64,000 bases of DNA from Octopus sinensis. Taxonomy: Eukaryota. Shown here one piece after another: positions 1-11,876 of the stretch. Positions within the stretch are counted from its first letter, which is position 1; each line of letters starts with the position of its first letter. The DNA lies in the NCBI RefSeq assembly GCF_006345805.1, contig NC_043009.1, forward strand, positions 496,001-560,000. The letters run 5' to 3'. A program made the position numbers and the translations under genes. A model generated the notes under the pieces. It was not told the DNA's origin, ran no database searches, and worked only from the letters and a program-made list of their open reading frames with translations.

Positions 1-26
1 GTAGTAGTAGTAGTATCGTTTCTACA

Positions 27-226
27 ATAGACACAAAAATCCTGACGTTAGGGGAGGGGACAAGTCGATTACATCGAACCCAGTGTTTCACTGGTTCTTA
101 TTTCGACCCCGAAAGGATGCAGGCAATATCGACCTCGGTGGAATTTGAACTCAGAAAGTAAGGACGGACGAAATGCCGCTAAGCATTTCGCCCGGCGTGC
201 TAACGATTCTGTCAGCTCACCACCTC
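27..226 (-). mobile_element. tRNA-type SINE family B copy (GGCGGCGAGCTGGCAGAATCGTTAGCACGCCGGG...GAGTTCAAATTCC head)
   Basis: Same sequence recurs more than 10 times in the window; minus-strand head has A-box-like TGGCAGAATCGT and B-box-like GAGTTCAAATTCC. Confidence 0.75.
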
Positions 227-245
227 AATAATAATAATAATAATA

Positions 246-701
246 AGGCCATACATCATATTGAAAGACTTCAGACAAAGAACATGCCTCCTCATTGATA
301 TGACTGTCCCAATCGATATAAACGTATCTGTCAAGACCTACCAAAAACTGAGCAAATATAAAGATCTTGAAATAGAAATCAGCTGGGAATGATAGCGAAA
401 GGGACTGGTTGCTACCTAACTCAGATACCAGGAAACCCCAAAATGGCAGAAATTCAAAAGATAGTGCTCATGGGAACTGCTCATACCCTACGCAAAATAC
501 TCTCTATGTAATCCCAAGATTTAAAACAAACTTTTTTTTAATTTATGTATTAGACATTCACTAGTACAACACCAAAAGAAAACCCAAATATATGGCACAC
601 TAGGCATAACAACAACGGGAACTTCCAACCTGTTGTCTCTTGAGGTCTCTGGGTGAGACTTGGAGCCAACTTGTACAGACATAAAGCAAAAGTCAAACAT
701 A

Positions 702-702
<1 letters not shown>
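246..702 (+). mobile_element. 5'-truncated R4/Dong-clade non-LTR retrotransposon 3' end (restriction-like endonuclease C-terminus plus 3' UTR)
   Basis: Translates to RPYIILKDFRQRTCLLIDMTVPIDINVSVKTYQKLSKYKDLEIEI and QKIVLMGTAHTLRKILSM*, the RLE PD..D..K signature and R4/Dong C-terminal motif; flanked by (AAT)n on both sides. Confidence 0.8.

Positions 703-777
<75 letters not shown>
703..777 (+). repeat. (AAT)n microsatellite / Dong 3' target tract
   Basis: Direct reading. Confidence 0.95.
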
Positions 778-780
<3 letters not shown>

Positions 781-830
781 GAGGAGTTGGAGGAGGGGGA
801 TAATAATAACAATAATAATAACAATAATAA

Positions 831-3170
831 TTTCTTTTATTTGCCACACTAGGGTGAAGGATGAGGGGGACAATTCAAACACAGACAGAGTGTGGGAGAT
901 TGCATATAAGGGGGAAAAAGTATACAAGGTATACAATAAAAGGAGGGAGGTATACATACTATACGGCACTAGAAGAAAAAAGTGATAATGATGGGATCCT
1001 GCTGATAGAGGAGGATCTCTAGGGAGTATCGAGGAATCCCACCATGCAAGATCATCTTGAATACCAAGGACGTGCGCCCTCTCCAACTCCTTTCTTCCGA
1101 CTCACAGGTCTACACTGAGAGTGGTACCATCCACTCTCTTTACTCTTTTATTCTCTTTTACTTGTTTTAGTCATTTGACTGTGGCCATGCTGGAGCACCG
1201 CCTTTAGTCGGGCAAATCGACCCCATGACTTATTTTTTGTAAGCCTAGTATTTATTCTCTCGGTCTCTTTTGCCGAACCGCTAAGTTACGGGGACGTAAA
1301 CACACCAGCATCGGTTGTCAAGCGATGTTGGAGGGGGACAAACAGACATACAAACACACACATATATATACACATACATATACATATATACGACGGGCTT
1401 CTTTCAGTTTCCGTCTACCAAATCCACTTGCAAGGATTTGGTCGGCACGAGGCTTTAGCAGAAGACACTTGCCCAAGGTTCCACGCAGTGGGGCTGAAAC
1501 CGGAACCATGTGGTTGGTCAGCAAGCTATTTACCACACAGTCACTCCTGCTCCACTCTTGCAATTTTCACAAACTTTCACCCACTTTTTCATAAATTCAC
1601 TCGAGGACAGAACCTCCCTCTCCACCTTCACTTTCCTTTTCAAGTGTAACTTGAAAAAGTCGATGAGGGCTTTATCAAAGAGAAATGTTTTTGTCCTCAT
1701 TTCTTTCTGCCTCGTCCATCAGACAACCTCTTTCGCCACAAACCACCAGAAAACCTTGCCTTTCCGATCAAAGGAAGGCGGCGGAGCAATCATCATTATG
1801 GACTCGGCTGACAGACGGATCCGTTCTACACACGACAGCAGCTTTTCGACATAACTCCACATGTCAGTAATGCCTGGACACTGAACGAGAGCAAAACGGC
1901 TTCGTCGCTCTACGAGCACACCAGACAGGCCCATCTGACGGTACATCTGTGCCTATATAGTTTATCTCGAACCTGTAACGCTCCCCACGGCAGCACTGCC
2001 AGGCCAAGGACATCTGGAAATTATCTATAATAGTCCCCGACCGGAAAGTCCTCCGGCATAGACTTGTCAGTTCGTCTTCATCGACGCCTAGGGTCTCCTC
2101 TATTTCACATACGTAGCCCGACTTGTAGAGGACAGTGAGCGCCTGACGACATTCTAAGTTCCATGCAATTAAAAGTCTGTCCTTGGAAGTTTTGAGAATG
2201 AAATCCTCAAATTCCTTTCCCTCAGTCTCTGTTTTGTTTTTGTTTTGGCTTATAAAATCCATCAATTCACTGTTGCACTTGTTCACAACAGTGAAACTGA
2301 TGCATGCATTTCGTCTACAGTCTCATGAATATTCTTGTTTCTGAAGTTCCGTAATTAGTTGTTTTTGTGTTTCTGTGATTTCATGCTGTTGTTGATGTTG
2401 CTGTTTTTGAGGTTGTTGTTCTTGTCCTTGTTGATTTTGTTGAAGTGTTTGTGAATTGTGTTGCAGTTGTGGTTTTTGTATATGTTTTTGTTGAGTTCTT
2501 GGAGTAGGGCTATGTACTCTTCTCCTCTTCCATCTACCCCCTTTTGTCACTTGGCTTCTTCTTCCGTCCCAAATCTCAGTTCAATAGTTCCAAACTTCTT
2601 CCTTGGGTGATGTGGGTTTTTTGTTCCCACATGCACCCAAGGCATTTTTGTATTTCGCTCTCTGGTCCACCCGACGTTATTTAACTCTAATACTGCGGTA
2701 TGTGACCGTGCACGACGGATGAAGGATTTGGGGCTACCCTCTCCTATTGCTTTTTACAATTTTCCATGCCATTTTAAAATCTATTTTTATCTGTGCGGAA
2801 ATTTTCCTAATTTCTCGCTGCTATCGCAAAAGAAATTATTGTAGTAGATGTGGTTGTGGCGACGGAGGCGATGTTCGCGTTTTTATGCTTCATTTCTTTC
2901 GTGTTGCTGTTGTTGTTGTTGTTGTCGTCGTCGTCGTCGTCACTGCTGCTGCTGTTGTTGTTGTTATCGACACCGAAAATTTTGTCGTTGCTTAGAGACG
3001 AAACATTATTTGCCTCGGTGACGTCATTAAGTGTAGGCCATTCTATATCTTTGTTCTCATTTTTTGATGAGGAACGCATTCCTTTGTCGAATATTGTGAT
3101 GGCTTCTTCTTTATCAGCCATATTTAACTGAATAATGAAAAAGGAGTAAAGGAGGCTATATATTAGCCCC
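831..3170 (-). mobile_element. Tx1/L1-clade LINE derivative with internal deletions (ORF1 5' part joined to ORF2 3' end), interrupted by a SINE
   Basis: Minus strand: ORF1-like start MADKEEA (3121), RKKFGTIELRFGTEEEAK and a Q-rich segment; then AWNLECRQAL...ETLGVDEDELTSLCRRTF...DNFQMSLAWQC...VQCPGITDMWSYVEKLL...VAKEVV...FFKLHLKRKVKVEREVLSSSEFMKKWVK...ARVDGTTLSVDL* (stop 1102-1104); no endonuclease or RT core between. Confidence 0.65.
1138..1550 (-). mobile_element. tRNA-derived SINE family A, full length, with 8-bp TSD
   Basis: Head GCAGGAGTGACTGTGTGGTAA...GGTTCCGGTTTCAGCCCCACTGCGTGG, internal (TG)n and AAGAGTAA tail; TCCACTCT repeated at 1130-1137 and 1551-1558; removing it restores the Tx1 reading ARVDGTTL. 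Confidence 0.9.
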
Positions 3171-3186
3171 TTGTGGTAGTAAAGAA

Positions 3187-3238
<52 letters not shown>

Positions 3239-3481
3239 ATGTGTGTATATGAGTATTTGAAAGATTGATTAGGGATCTTTAGTAATGAAATTAGAATAGG
3301 CCATAGCCTAACTAGCAACCTAGCTATTATTATAGCCTCCTTTACTCCTTTAACAATAAAAAGCTAGACTTCTACAAAACTAAGAAGAATAACAATACTA
3401 ACCATAACAACCAATCGATTGATATAATAAGCGATCCCCCAAATAACTCGCCCTCTGAAAATATGGACAACTACCTTATAA

Positions 3482-3945
3482 ATGAGAATCTTACTAATCA
3501 CAGATAATCATACTAATCTATGTGGTTGTAAAGATAAAAATACTTGTGAATTCAGGAATAAATGTAAAACTAAGAATGTAATCTACCAATGTGATGTATT
3601 CTCCAATAATTACAAGAATATTTATATAGGAGCGACTAAAAATGAAATGAAACTTAGATATAATTCTCATCTCTCAAGTTTCAGAAATAGAAATAAGGCT
3701 AACTCTACAGGATTAAGCAGTTACATCTGGGAATTGAAAGATAATAACATTAGTTATAGATTAGCATGGCGCATCCTAGCCAAAACATCTTCATACAACC
3801 TTAAAAATAAACGCTGCAATTTATGCATAATGAGAAATTCTTCATTTTAATGGCCAAATCAGAATTGCTTGATAAACGAGGCGAGGAAAACCCAGCATGC
3901 TTACATAAAGATAAATTCTTATTCTCTAAATACCTTAATACCTGT
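3482..3945 (+). mobile_element. Penelope-like element, GIY-YIG endonuclease C-terminus (frameshifted near 3840)
   Basis: CGCKDKNTC...KCKTKNVIYQC...YIGATKNEMKLRYNSHLSSFR...STGLSSYIWELKD...WRILAK...RCNLCI, then LLDKRGE..CLHKDKFLFS: typical Penelope GIY-YIG with Cys motifs. Confidence 0.9.
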
Positions 3946-5518
3946 TTAATAGCTGTCTTGTCTAACCTCTGATTACCTTCCTTTGACCCTCCCCCTTACC
4001 ACATAGCACGACATAATATCATAGACCACAATTATATTCAATTTACCTCGACTAACTGAATTATTTATCTTAGATGCACGATATACACCCAAAGCTACAT
4101 TTCTCTTTAATATATTCACATTAAAGTTAGATCACTGACTGACATACTAATTGCTTGTGTTGCCATTAACACATATACGATTAAACGAGCGATTGACCGT
4201 TTTCTAGCCGAGTTTATTTATTTAATTATATTAACGACCACACATAACAACACTTTATTAATTTATTGCACCTATTTACGTAACCCAGATTTATACCGTA
4301 TGTCGCACTTAAACTTTTAAGAGCGTCCTTAATTTTTAACTAAGACATTATTTGTAATCAGAGGGACTTATCTAGTGGACTCAAAGAGCGTTATTTGTTA
4401 CAATTAATGATACTGGATATTACTACCAAGTATAACTCTTTCGATTAACACCGCCGATCAACTAGTCATTTTCTCCACTTATTGCTCCATTCATCTACTT
4501 GAAGCAACTGTACACACACGTGCCATCATTTAAGGACGCAAAAATGTAAGCCTAAAGACCTAACGAACCTTTTCCTTTTTCTTTTCAATTTCTTTTTCGT
4601 TTCCTTTTCTTCCCGTGTTAACCTTCGATCTCCTGTCAATATTCCTCTGGTAAAATTCAAATCATTCTGATAATGTTTGTTACATGGAACGAGATAAGCG
4701 CAAGTTTACCCCCAAAATAAATAAAAAATGAAACAGCTGTAAATGTTATCTTAACCATAATTAAACTATGATTATTCAATACTAATGATCAACTTCTAAT
4801 TGGTACATTTCTTCTCTTATCTTATCTTATATGAATATATTAAACCACGGTTTACCCTTAAATTACCAACTACTGTTGACCTTACAACAAGGCCTATACA
4901 TAGTTAGGTAAAGCACCAGTAGTGCCAATGGATACATTTATTGATGGTGGAAATGAAGACAATGGAAAATGTGGAAGCTATGAGACGGAGCCTTGTTTTA
5001 CTCCTAATCTTACTTGAGATAATTCATTATCACTGCTGTTGACTTGGACCCTTGCTCACATATGATAGAAGCCGAAGGCGTCCGAACGTATTTACCAGGG
5101 CATCCATTCATTGATATGACGTCCCACAGGTGTTTTCACGAAACTGAGTCAAAAACCTTAGTAAGATAAATAAATGTCATGTACAAAGTTGAAGTTGTTC
5201 ATGGCATTTCTTTTGCAATTGTCACATGGCGAAATTCATAATTCCTGATATTACGCCTGGTGGCAAAAGTATGCCTCCAGTTACCTATGACGAGTAACAT
5301 TCTCTCGTGTATTTATAATTCATTTCATAAAGAAAATATAATCATATTTACTAAGTGGTAAAGAAGATTGTTTTTGAGCTATTTAGTTTCGGTTTCCATC
5401 CCACTGCGTGGCACCTACAACAAGTCTCTTCTTCAGGACAACCAATGCCTTGTGATTGAATTTGGTAGATGGAAACCGTATGGAAACCGTATGGAAACCG
5501 TATGGAAACCAGTATATA

Positions 5519-6745
5519 CAGGGTGCGGACGGTATTTAAGTACACATTCATGTTTAGTCGTTATTTTATTTGATTAATTTTTCAGAAAATAACAATGACA
5601 GGCCCTATGCTTACTAATAAAATGAAAAGGCATGCTGTGATTGTGGCTTTGAAGGCTGAGCATGGGGATTTAGAAAGTTTTAGTTTTCTGAAAGTTGCAA
5701 GATCTTTTCTCCACAAGATTCAGTGTGGGTTAGAGAAAGAAGATGGAAGCGTATTACCTGTATCAAAACGTAAAAGGCATTCTAAACGCTCTGATTCTAT
5801 TAGGGCACCTGAATTTATTCAGAAAGTTAAGCAAAACATTGAAGACAATCCAGGTCAACTGAAAAAAGATTTCGTGTGTCAAAAAAAAAGCAATCTCAAG
5901 TGTTATGCATGAAGACATCAGATACACATGTGATGAGGAGAGGTCAATTCATGTCAGAAAAAAATCCCAGAGAAAACCATTTAATCAAATCCGAGAAACT
6001 TTTGAAACAATTTAGAAATCCATCAGAAGGTAGTGTGATTTGGTTTTTCTCAGATGAGAAAAACTTTGTCCAGAACCAGGAAACTAACAGAAGAAATGAC
6101 AAATGGCTATGTGTAGACCCTTCTGAGGTCTAAGAGTAATGCACGCAAAATTTCCTACACGTATCATGGTTTTGGGTGTTGTTAGCAATGAAGGACTTGT
6201 AATGCCTTCTCACTTTTTCCACAAGGTCTTTGGATGAATGCTGCTGCGTATATTGAGGTTCTGGGTAAAGTTGTTAAGCCTTGGATCAACAGTGCATGCA
6301 ATGGAAGGCCTTAGTTCTTTTAACAAGATTCTGCACCTTCACACAAGGCCGAAATGACACAAGAATGGATGGTGGACAATTTGCATGACCACATCACACC
6401 CAACATTTGACCTCCTAATTCTCCAGATCTCAATCCACTGGACAACTATGTACGGACCATCGTTGAGAAAAATGTCAATGAACACCCCCATAACACCAAA
6501 GATTCTTTGAAAGCCGCCATGGTTCGAGTTATGGCCGATATGAACAAAGACCACTTAATCCGAGCTTATAAACGATTTCGATCCCGCGTAGAGGCAGTTA
6601 TTGATGCTTCTGGTGGTTTTATTGAAGGAAATTATAAAATTGATAATTTCGCTTTATGCTTGTAATCTTTATAAAAAATACGTTTTATTTTCTCTTATTA
6701 TATAAGCGTATTTTTATAAACTATAAATCTGTCCTCTGCGCCATG
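5519..6745 (+). mobile_element. maT-type (DD37D) Tc1/mariner transposon, near full length, transposase disrupted
   Basis: WFFSDEKNF, QDSAPSH and PPNSPDLNPLD with 37 residues between the 2nd and 3rd D (counted); TA-flanked ends CAGGGTGCGG...GCGCCATG with degenerate TIR; stops and frameshifts. Confidence 0.88.
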
Positions 6746-7099
6746 TATAAATATATGAGTGTGTGTGTGTATGTGTACGCGCGTGAGTGTGCATGTGTGT
6801 ATGTGTGTGCGTGCGTATGTGTGTGTATGAGTGTCTGTGTGTGTGCACGCGCGCGTTTGTCAAATCCCGTCGCTTGACAACCTTTCGTGCGGGTTCCCGT
6901 ATCCGCCCGTTCAGCAAAAGAGACTGACAAAATAGGTACCAGCCAGTATCGCCACAGCTCCATGACTGTAACAAATAAAAGAAAGATAAATGATTTATTC
7001 AAACTGATTTATTGACATCGCTTACCATTGGATCAAATACTACAAGGTATCTCATCAGACACTAGCAATTCCAGCACCTTGTCTCCATAACCTATTTTC

Positions 7100-7773
7100 T
7101 CGACCCTAAAAGATTGAAAGCAGTTAAATTGCTTCCAGGCCCTTTTGGCAATGTGCCAAGAAACCGATGAGGAATTTTCGGCAGACTTATCACACAGGAT
7201 GAAACATGGGTCTATCATTATGATCCTGACACTAAAGTCCTGTCGAAGTATTAGAAGCATGATAACTCACCACCTCCAAAGAAGGTTCGTGTCCAACCCT
7301 CAGCTGGCAAGGTGATGCTCAGTCTTTTGGAACCAGTACGGAGTAGAGATGATGGATGGTCTGGCAAAGCGAACCACAACTAACGAGGCATATTATGCTT
7401 CTCTGATGCAGAAATTTCCTGACGTTATCAAAGCAGAGAGGCGTAGCATGCTGACCAATGGAGTCGGCCTCCTCCAAGACGATACCCCGGTTCACAATGC
7501 GCATGTTGCCCAGATGAAAGCAAACTTCTGCAGCTATGAAATCTCTCTTCATCCCACTTACTCTCCTGACCTCGCACCATCTGATTTCCACCTCTTTCCA
7601 ACCCTTAAGTCTTTTTTGAAGGGGAAACACTTTTGGATGATGATGATGAACTTATTTCCGAGGTAAAGTTTTGGCTCCAGATGCAACCTACCGACGTCTA
7701 AAGGCGAGGTCTTCACAGCTGCATAATGTGATGGGAGAAGTGTGTCAGAGGAAATCTTTAAGGAGCACCCCTC
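7100..7773 (+). mobile_element. mariner (DD34D) transposase 3' fragment with right TIR
   Basis: ITQDETWVYHYDP, SAGKVML, LLQDDTPVH...HPTYSPDLAPSDFHLFP (34-residue spacing); ends GGAGCACCCTCG|TA. Confidence 0.9.
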
Positions 7774-7775
7774 GT

Positions 7776-7844
7776 ACATATATGCATGTATGTATGTATG
7801 TATGTATGTATGTATGTATGTATGTATGTATGTATGTATGTATG

Positions 7845-7878
<34 letters not shown>

Positions 7879-8050
7879 TGTAGTATGCATGCATGCATGT
7901 ATGTATGTATGTATGTATGTATGTATGTATGTATGCATGCATGCATGCATGCGTGTATGTATTATGTATGTATGTATGTACATGCATACATACAATCCTA
8001 CACACACACACATGCACACACATACATACACACACGCACACCTACACACG
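7776..8050. repeat. (TATG)n / (CA)n compound microsatellite
   Basis: Direct reading; source of spurious YVCM ORFs. Confidence 0.95.
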
Positions 8051-8075
8051 TACATGCAATGATGGAAAAACTCTG

Positions 8076-8465
8076 ATGAACAAGACTTGCAAGAAAATGA
8101 TACTGCAGCTCTCTGATGATGTCACATTAGCCACGTGACCAAAACATACTACATCACAGAAATTCAAAACAATCAGATATTTGTTTGTTGACAACATGGA
8201 TCGTGCTGACAAAATGTTTTTGTATTTACCTGACCATCTCGATAGGATTACCTCAAATAATATAATCCCAGTTCTTATCGCCATTACGATTCCGCGGTGG
8301 GAACAGCCGAAATTTTCGAATCCGATCCGAATAGGTTTGAAGAAAGCGGGGAAGAAGCTTCGGCGATTTTTTTCGCGTACAATATTAAGGTCGTCTCGTG
8401 TTAAGACTCTGAACAAACATGCTTTGCGGGAACAAGAAGTGGAAACTTTTACCTATTTAGTTTAA
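8076..8465 (+). CDS. Candidate coding segment of unknown product (one in-frame TGA at 8136-8138; may be a terminal exon entered at an AG near 8159)
   Basis: Non-repetitive, protein-like frame ...MDRADKMFLYLPDHLDRITSNNIIPVLIAITIPRWEQPKFSNPIRIGLKKAGKKLRRFFSR...TFTYLV*; family not recognised. Confidence 0.3.
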
Positions 8466-9574
8466 TATGAAAGTTTTTTTTTTAAATGACAGTAAAGAAA
8501 TACTCCAAATATATTTATAGCTGCAGTTTGATGGCTCAAAGATTTTACGCCTGTTGTCAACCTTTCTATCAGCAGGAATGTAAAATGATATTGTTATCAA
8601 AATAAATTCGAAATCTCAATATGGAGATAAAAGAGACATGCGTGAATTCCTGGAATAAAAAAACAAAGACATATACGCACAAACGCATATGCACGCACAC
8701 AACCCATATAAAAGGACTTTAAAATAGCACAAACACATACCACAAAAGAATAAGATATTTCTAATATTATATTAAGATTTCTTTATTTCATAATTTGAAA
8801 ACATGTAAAATACTATAACCAAAAAAAAAATGCTGTTAAAAAAAATTACAATAAACATCTGTAAGGTAAATTTTAAATTACCTTTTGAAGATTGCAATAC
8901 AATGTTTGTTAGAAGGAAAGGCACTTGGTACATTATGGTACATTTTTACCAGCTGAAGCCAAAATCAAATAGGTCGTGTAATGGATTCTATTAACAAGGT
9001 TTAAAAAAAAATAAAACACTTGTACATTTATTATTATTATTATTATGGGGAAAAGGGTGGTTTTGACGCTTATGCCTTTCCAATAGATATTAGCAATGTA
9101 AGTAAATGATTTTTCGTTTGCTTGCTTTTTTCTTTGTTTATTTTTTATTTTGTTTTTTGTTTTTGTTTTTTAAATTTTATGTTCGGCAACAATTGCCACA
9201 ACATTTACGAATATAGTCTTTTATGTAAATTAATTTATTAATGAATTAATTACTTAATTAAAACGACAACCAACAGAACCAACAGAATTTTCCGTGTGTG
9301 TGTGTGTTTGGTAAATATCTAATTAGAAGCTAATTATATGAAAAAGATGGATAAGTGGAAATACTGTGTAAAAATGAGCGCCCATATATCTTTAATTATT
9401 TTTGTTTTTTAGAAAAAAATAACAAATTACAGATTTTCTTAAAACATTTTTGAATACGTCTAAATGAAAATTAAATAGTCTATGATGAATTTGTCACTGT
9501 AAGGCATTTTTCAAAATAAAGATGGCATTTAGTTTCCATTCACATTAAGTGACAAATAAAATGAAAACGCCATT

Positions 9575-9575
9575 A

Positions 9576-9651
<76 letters not shown>

Positions 9652-9700
9652 TACTACTACTACTGCTACAACTACTTTTACTACTGCTACTATTATTCTG
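9575..9700. repeat. (ATT)n/(ACT)n microsatellite
   Basis: Direct reading. Confidence 0.95.
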
Positions 9701-10079
9701 TGCCTCTGAATGAAAGTTTCAATTAGTTACATGGAACTGATACATTTTTCTATTGATTCGGTGTAAGAAACAACAACAACAACCACAAAACAAAAACAAA
9801 AATAAAAAAATCATAGATCAAAGTTTAGCAGAGTCGCTCGTAAAAAATATATTTATTCCCCCTTCCCGAATTATAATAATTAATAGGAACAGACATAAGA
9901 AAGCACATCAGGTTTGTTCACAGCTTTGCCACTTACAAATTATATATATACACACACACACACACACACAGATATATATATATATATATATAATTTCAAC
10001 AATTGAGGGTAAAATTAATTAATTAATCAATTTCACCAAGTATTCAGTATGCAAAGGGACCATTTAAGGCGAATTCAAA

Positions 10080-10373
10080 TATTACATTATATAAAAGGGC
10101 TTAGTAAAATAATTACTTTGCCGCATACTGAACTCATTAGAAATAGCAGCTAAAAAAACTTTTTTAAAACTATTCCAATACTTAAAGAAAACCTCTCTCA
10201 TATAGTGTTTGCTCAATTCACTCAAGTGAGTTGAATGAGCAAACACTATATGAGAGAGGTTTTCTTTAAGTATTGGAAATAGTTTTAAAAAAGTTTTTTT
10301 AGCTGCTATTTCTAATGAGTTCAGTATGCGGCAAAGTAATTTATTTTACTAAGCCCTTTTATATAATGTAATA
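10080..10373. repeat. Near-perfect fold-back palindrome, arms about 145 bp, 2-nt centre
   Basis: ATTACATTATATAAAAGGGC...ACTCA-AG-TGAGT...GCCCTTTTATATAATGTAAT; arms differ only by a few single-base indels. Confidence 0.92.
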
Positions 10374-10406
10374 ATTTTTTTATATATATATATATATATA
10401 TGTCGT

Positions 10407-10516
10407 TTACTTTATAAAAGTTAAATGATATTTAGAGAATAGCTTCTTTAAGATGAGTGCTGCTACCAAAGTGCCACAGATCACACTGCTGTGAGCAACA
10501 ACGATGTTGGATCCAC
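10407..10516 (-). CDS. Host gene terminal coding exon 4: (G)GSNIVVAHSSVICGTLVAALILKKLFSKYHLTFIK* (hydrophobic C-terminal anchor)
   Basis: Acceptor TAACTTTCTTTCCAG, phase 1, 110 nt = 2 + 36 codons ending in TAA; phase matches exon 3. Confidence 0.68.
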
Positions 10517-10591
10517 CTGGAAAGAAAGTTAAATACAATATCATTTAATATAGCAGTAATAGTAAATATATATAGTATATATTTATATATA

Positions 10592-10643
<52 letters not shown>

Positions 10644-10655
10644 AATATATATATA

Positions 10656-10694
<39 letters not shown>

Positions 10695-10946
10695 TATATA
10701 TATATAATGAGGGAGATAAATTAATATTAATTTTAATATCAATTTAAAACCAGTAGTCCAGCATACAAAAAATCTGAGTCAGAGAAAATTCTAATATATG
10801 TGTATATTGGCAGGGCTTACTGCTAGGGAGTCGGCCGTATGCTAGAAATAGACCATCAACGATCAAACTACAAGGAAAAATACAGCGAACACCAGAACCA
10901 AATTTGGCGGGCATGACAGATGAAAATTTATATAAAAAACAGAAAT

Positions 10947-11032
<86 letters not shown>

Positions 11033-11034
<2 letters not shown>

Positions 11035-11553
11035 ATAAATCCTCGAGTATAGTCCGCCCTTGAGTATAATACGCACGGATTTTTAGGGGGCTGTACCTCT
11101 GAAAAACCTAAACCTTGTGTATAGTACGAATTCCTTCACTTATTTGAGTCGTGCGTAATTAAGCTAGCACCACCTAGTCGGGCAGACACTTCCGAGCATG
11201 CGTAATAAAATAATGGTGATGTTCTTAACTATTATATGGGAATGTAAATACGTTTGCAAATTGTTTTTGTTACATGTTATTCTGTGTTCTGAATACTTTT
11301 ATTTTAATAAATGTTGCTTACTGCAAGTTAAGGATGATTCTTTTATGACTTCATTGCTTTCAGGCTTAGCTTCAGGTATTTTCGCGCCCGACATCACAAG
11401 ATGCGTCTAAATAAACATTGCCGGACAGCAAATAGAGACTCGGAATTTGCTTAGAAAAATACTTTTCATTTTAAGCCTCGTATATAGTACGCACTAGGGA
11501 TTCTGACATTTAAATTTTGGGAAAAATATGCGATTATACTCGAGGATTTATGG
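11033..11553. mobile_element. Non-autonomous pogo/Tc2-like DNA transposon (MITE) in a TA target
   Basis: TIR CCATAAATCCTCGAGTATA at both ends, flanked by TA within (TA)n. Confidence 0.85.
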
Positions 11554-11710
11554 TATATATATATATATAATTAATATAGCAATGGTTATGTCATGCTGAT
11601 GATTTTTGAAAAGAATGAAATAGTGCTAAACATGATTGACGCTGACTAGAAATTTACAAACTTTATAATAAGCAACAAAAAAGCATATATTCTATTCTAT
11701 GCATCTTTTA

Positions 11711-11772
11711 CTATATTGCTGAAATTAAAATCGCTACCAAAAATGAAGAAATAATTAGCCCTATTGTATTAA
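11711..11772 (-). CDS. Possible alternative terminal exon: (V)NTIGLIISSFLVAILISAI*
   Basis: CCTTGGCCTTCAG acceptor, phase 1, 62 nt = 2 + 20 codons ending in TAG; entirely hydrophobic like a GPI signal. Confidence 0.3.
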
Positions 11773-11836
11773 CTGAAGGCCAAGGGACTCCATATGTGTG
11801 TGCGTGTGTATGTGTTTGTGTGTGTGTATGTGTGTG

Positions 11837-11876
<40 letters not shown>

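Noticed and set aside
4921-5128. Exon-like plus-strand segment (TFIDGGNEDNGKCGSYETEPCFT...)
   Set aside because: All three frames hit stops between the plausible AG and GT sites, and no partner exons were found.
5470-5510. Tandem TGGAAACCGTA repeats (about 3.5 copies)
   Set aside because: Local slippage inside a decayed SINE A fragment.
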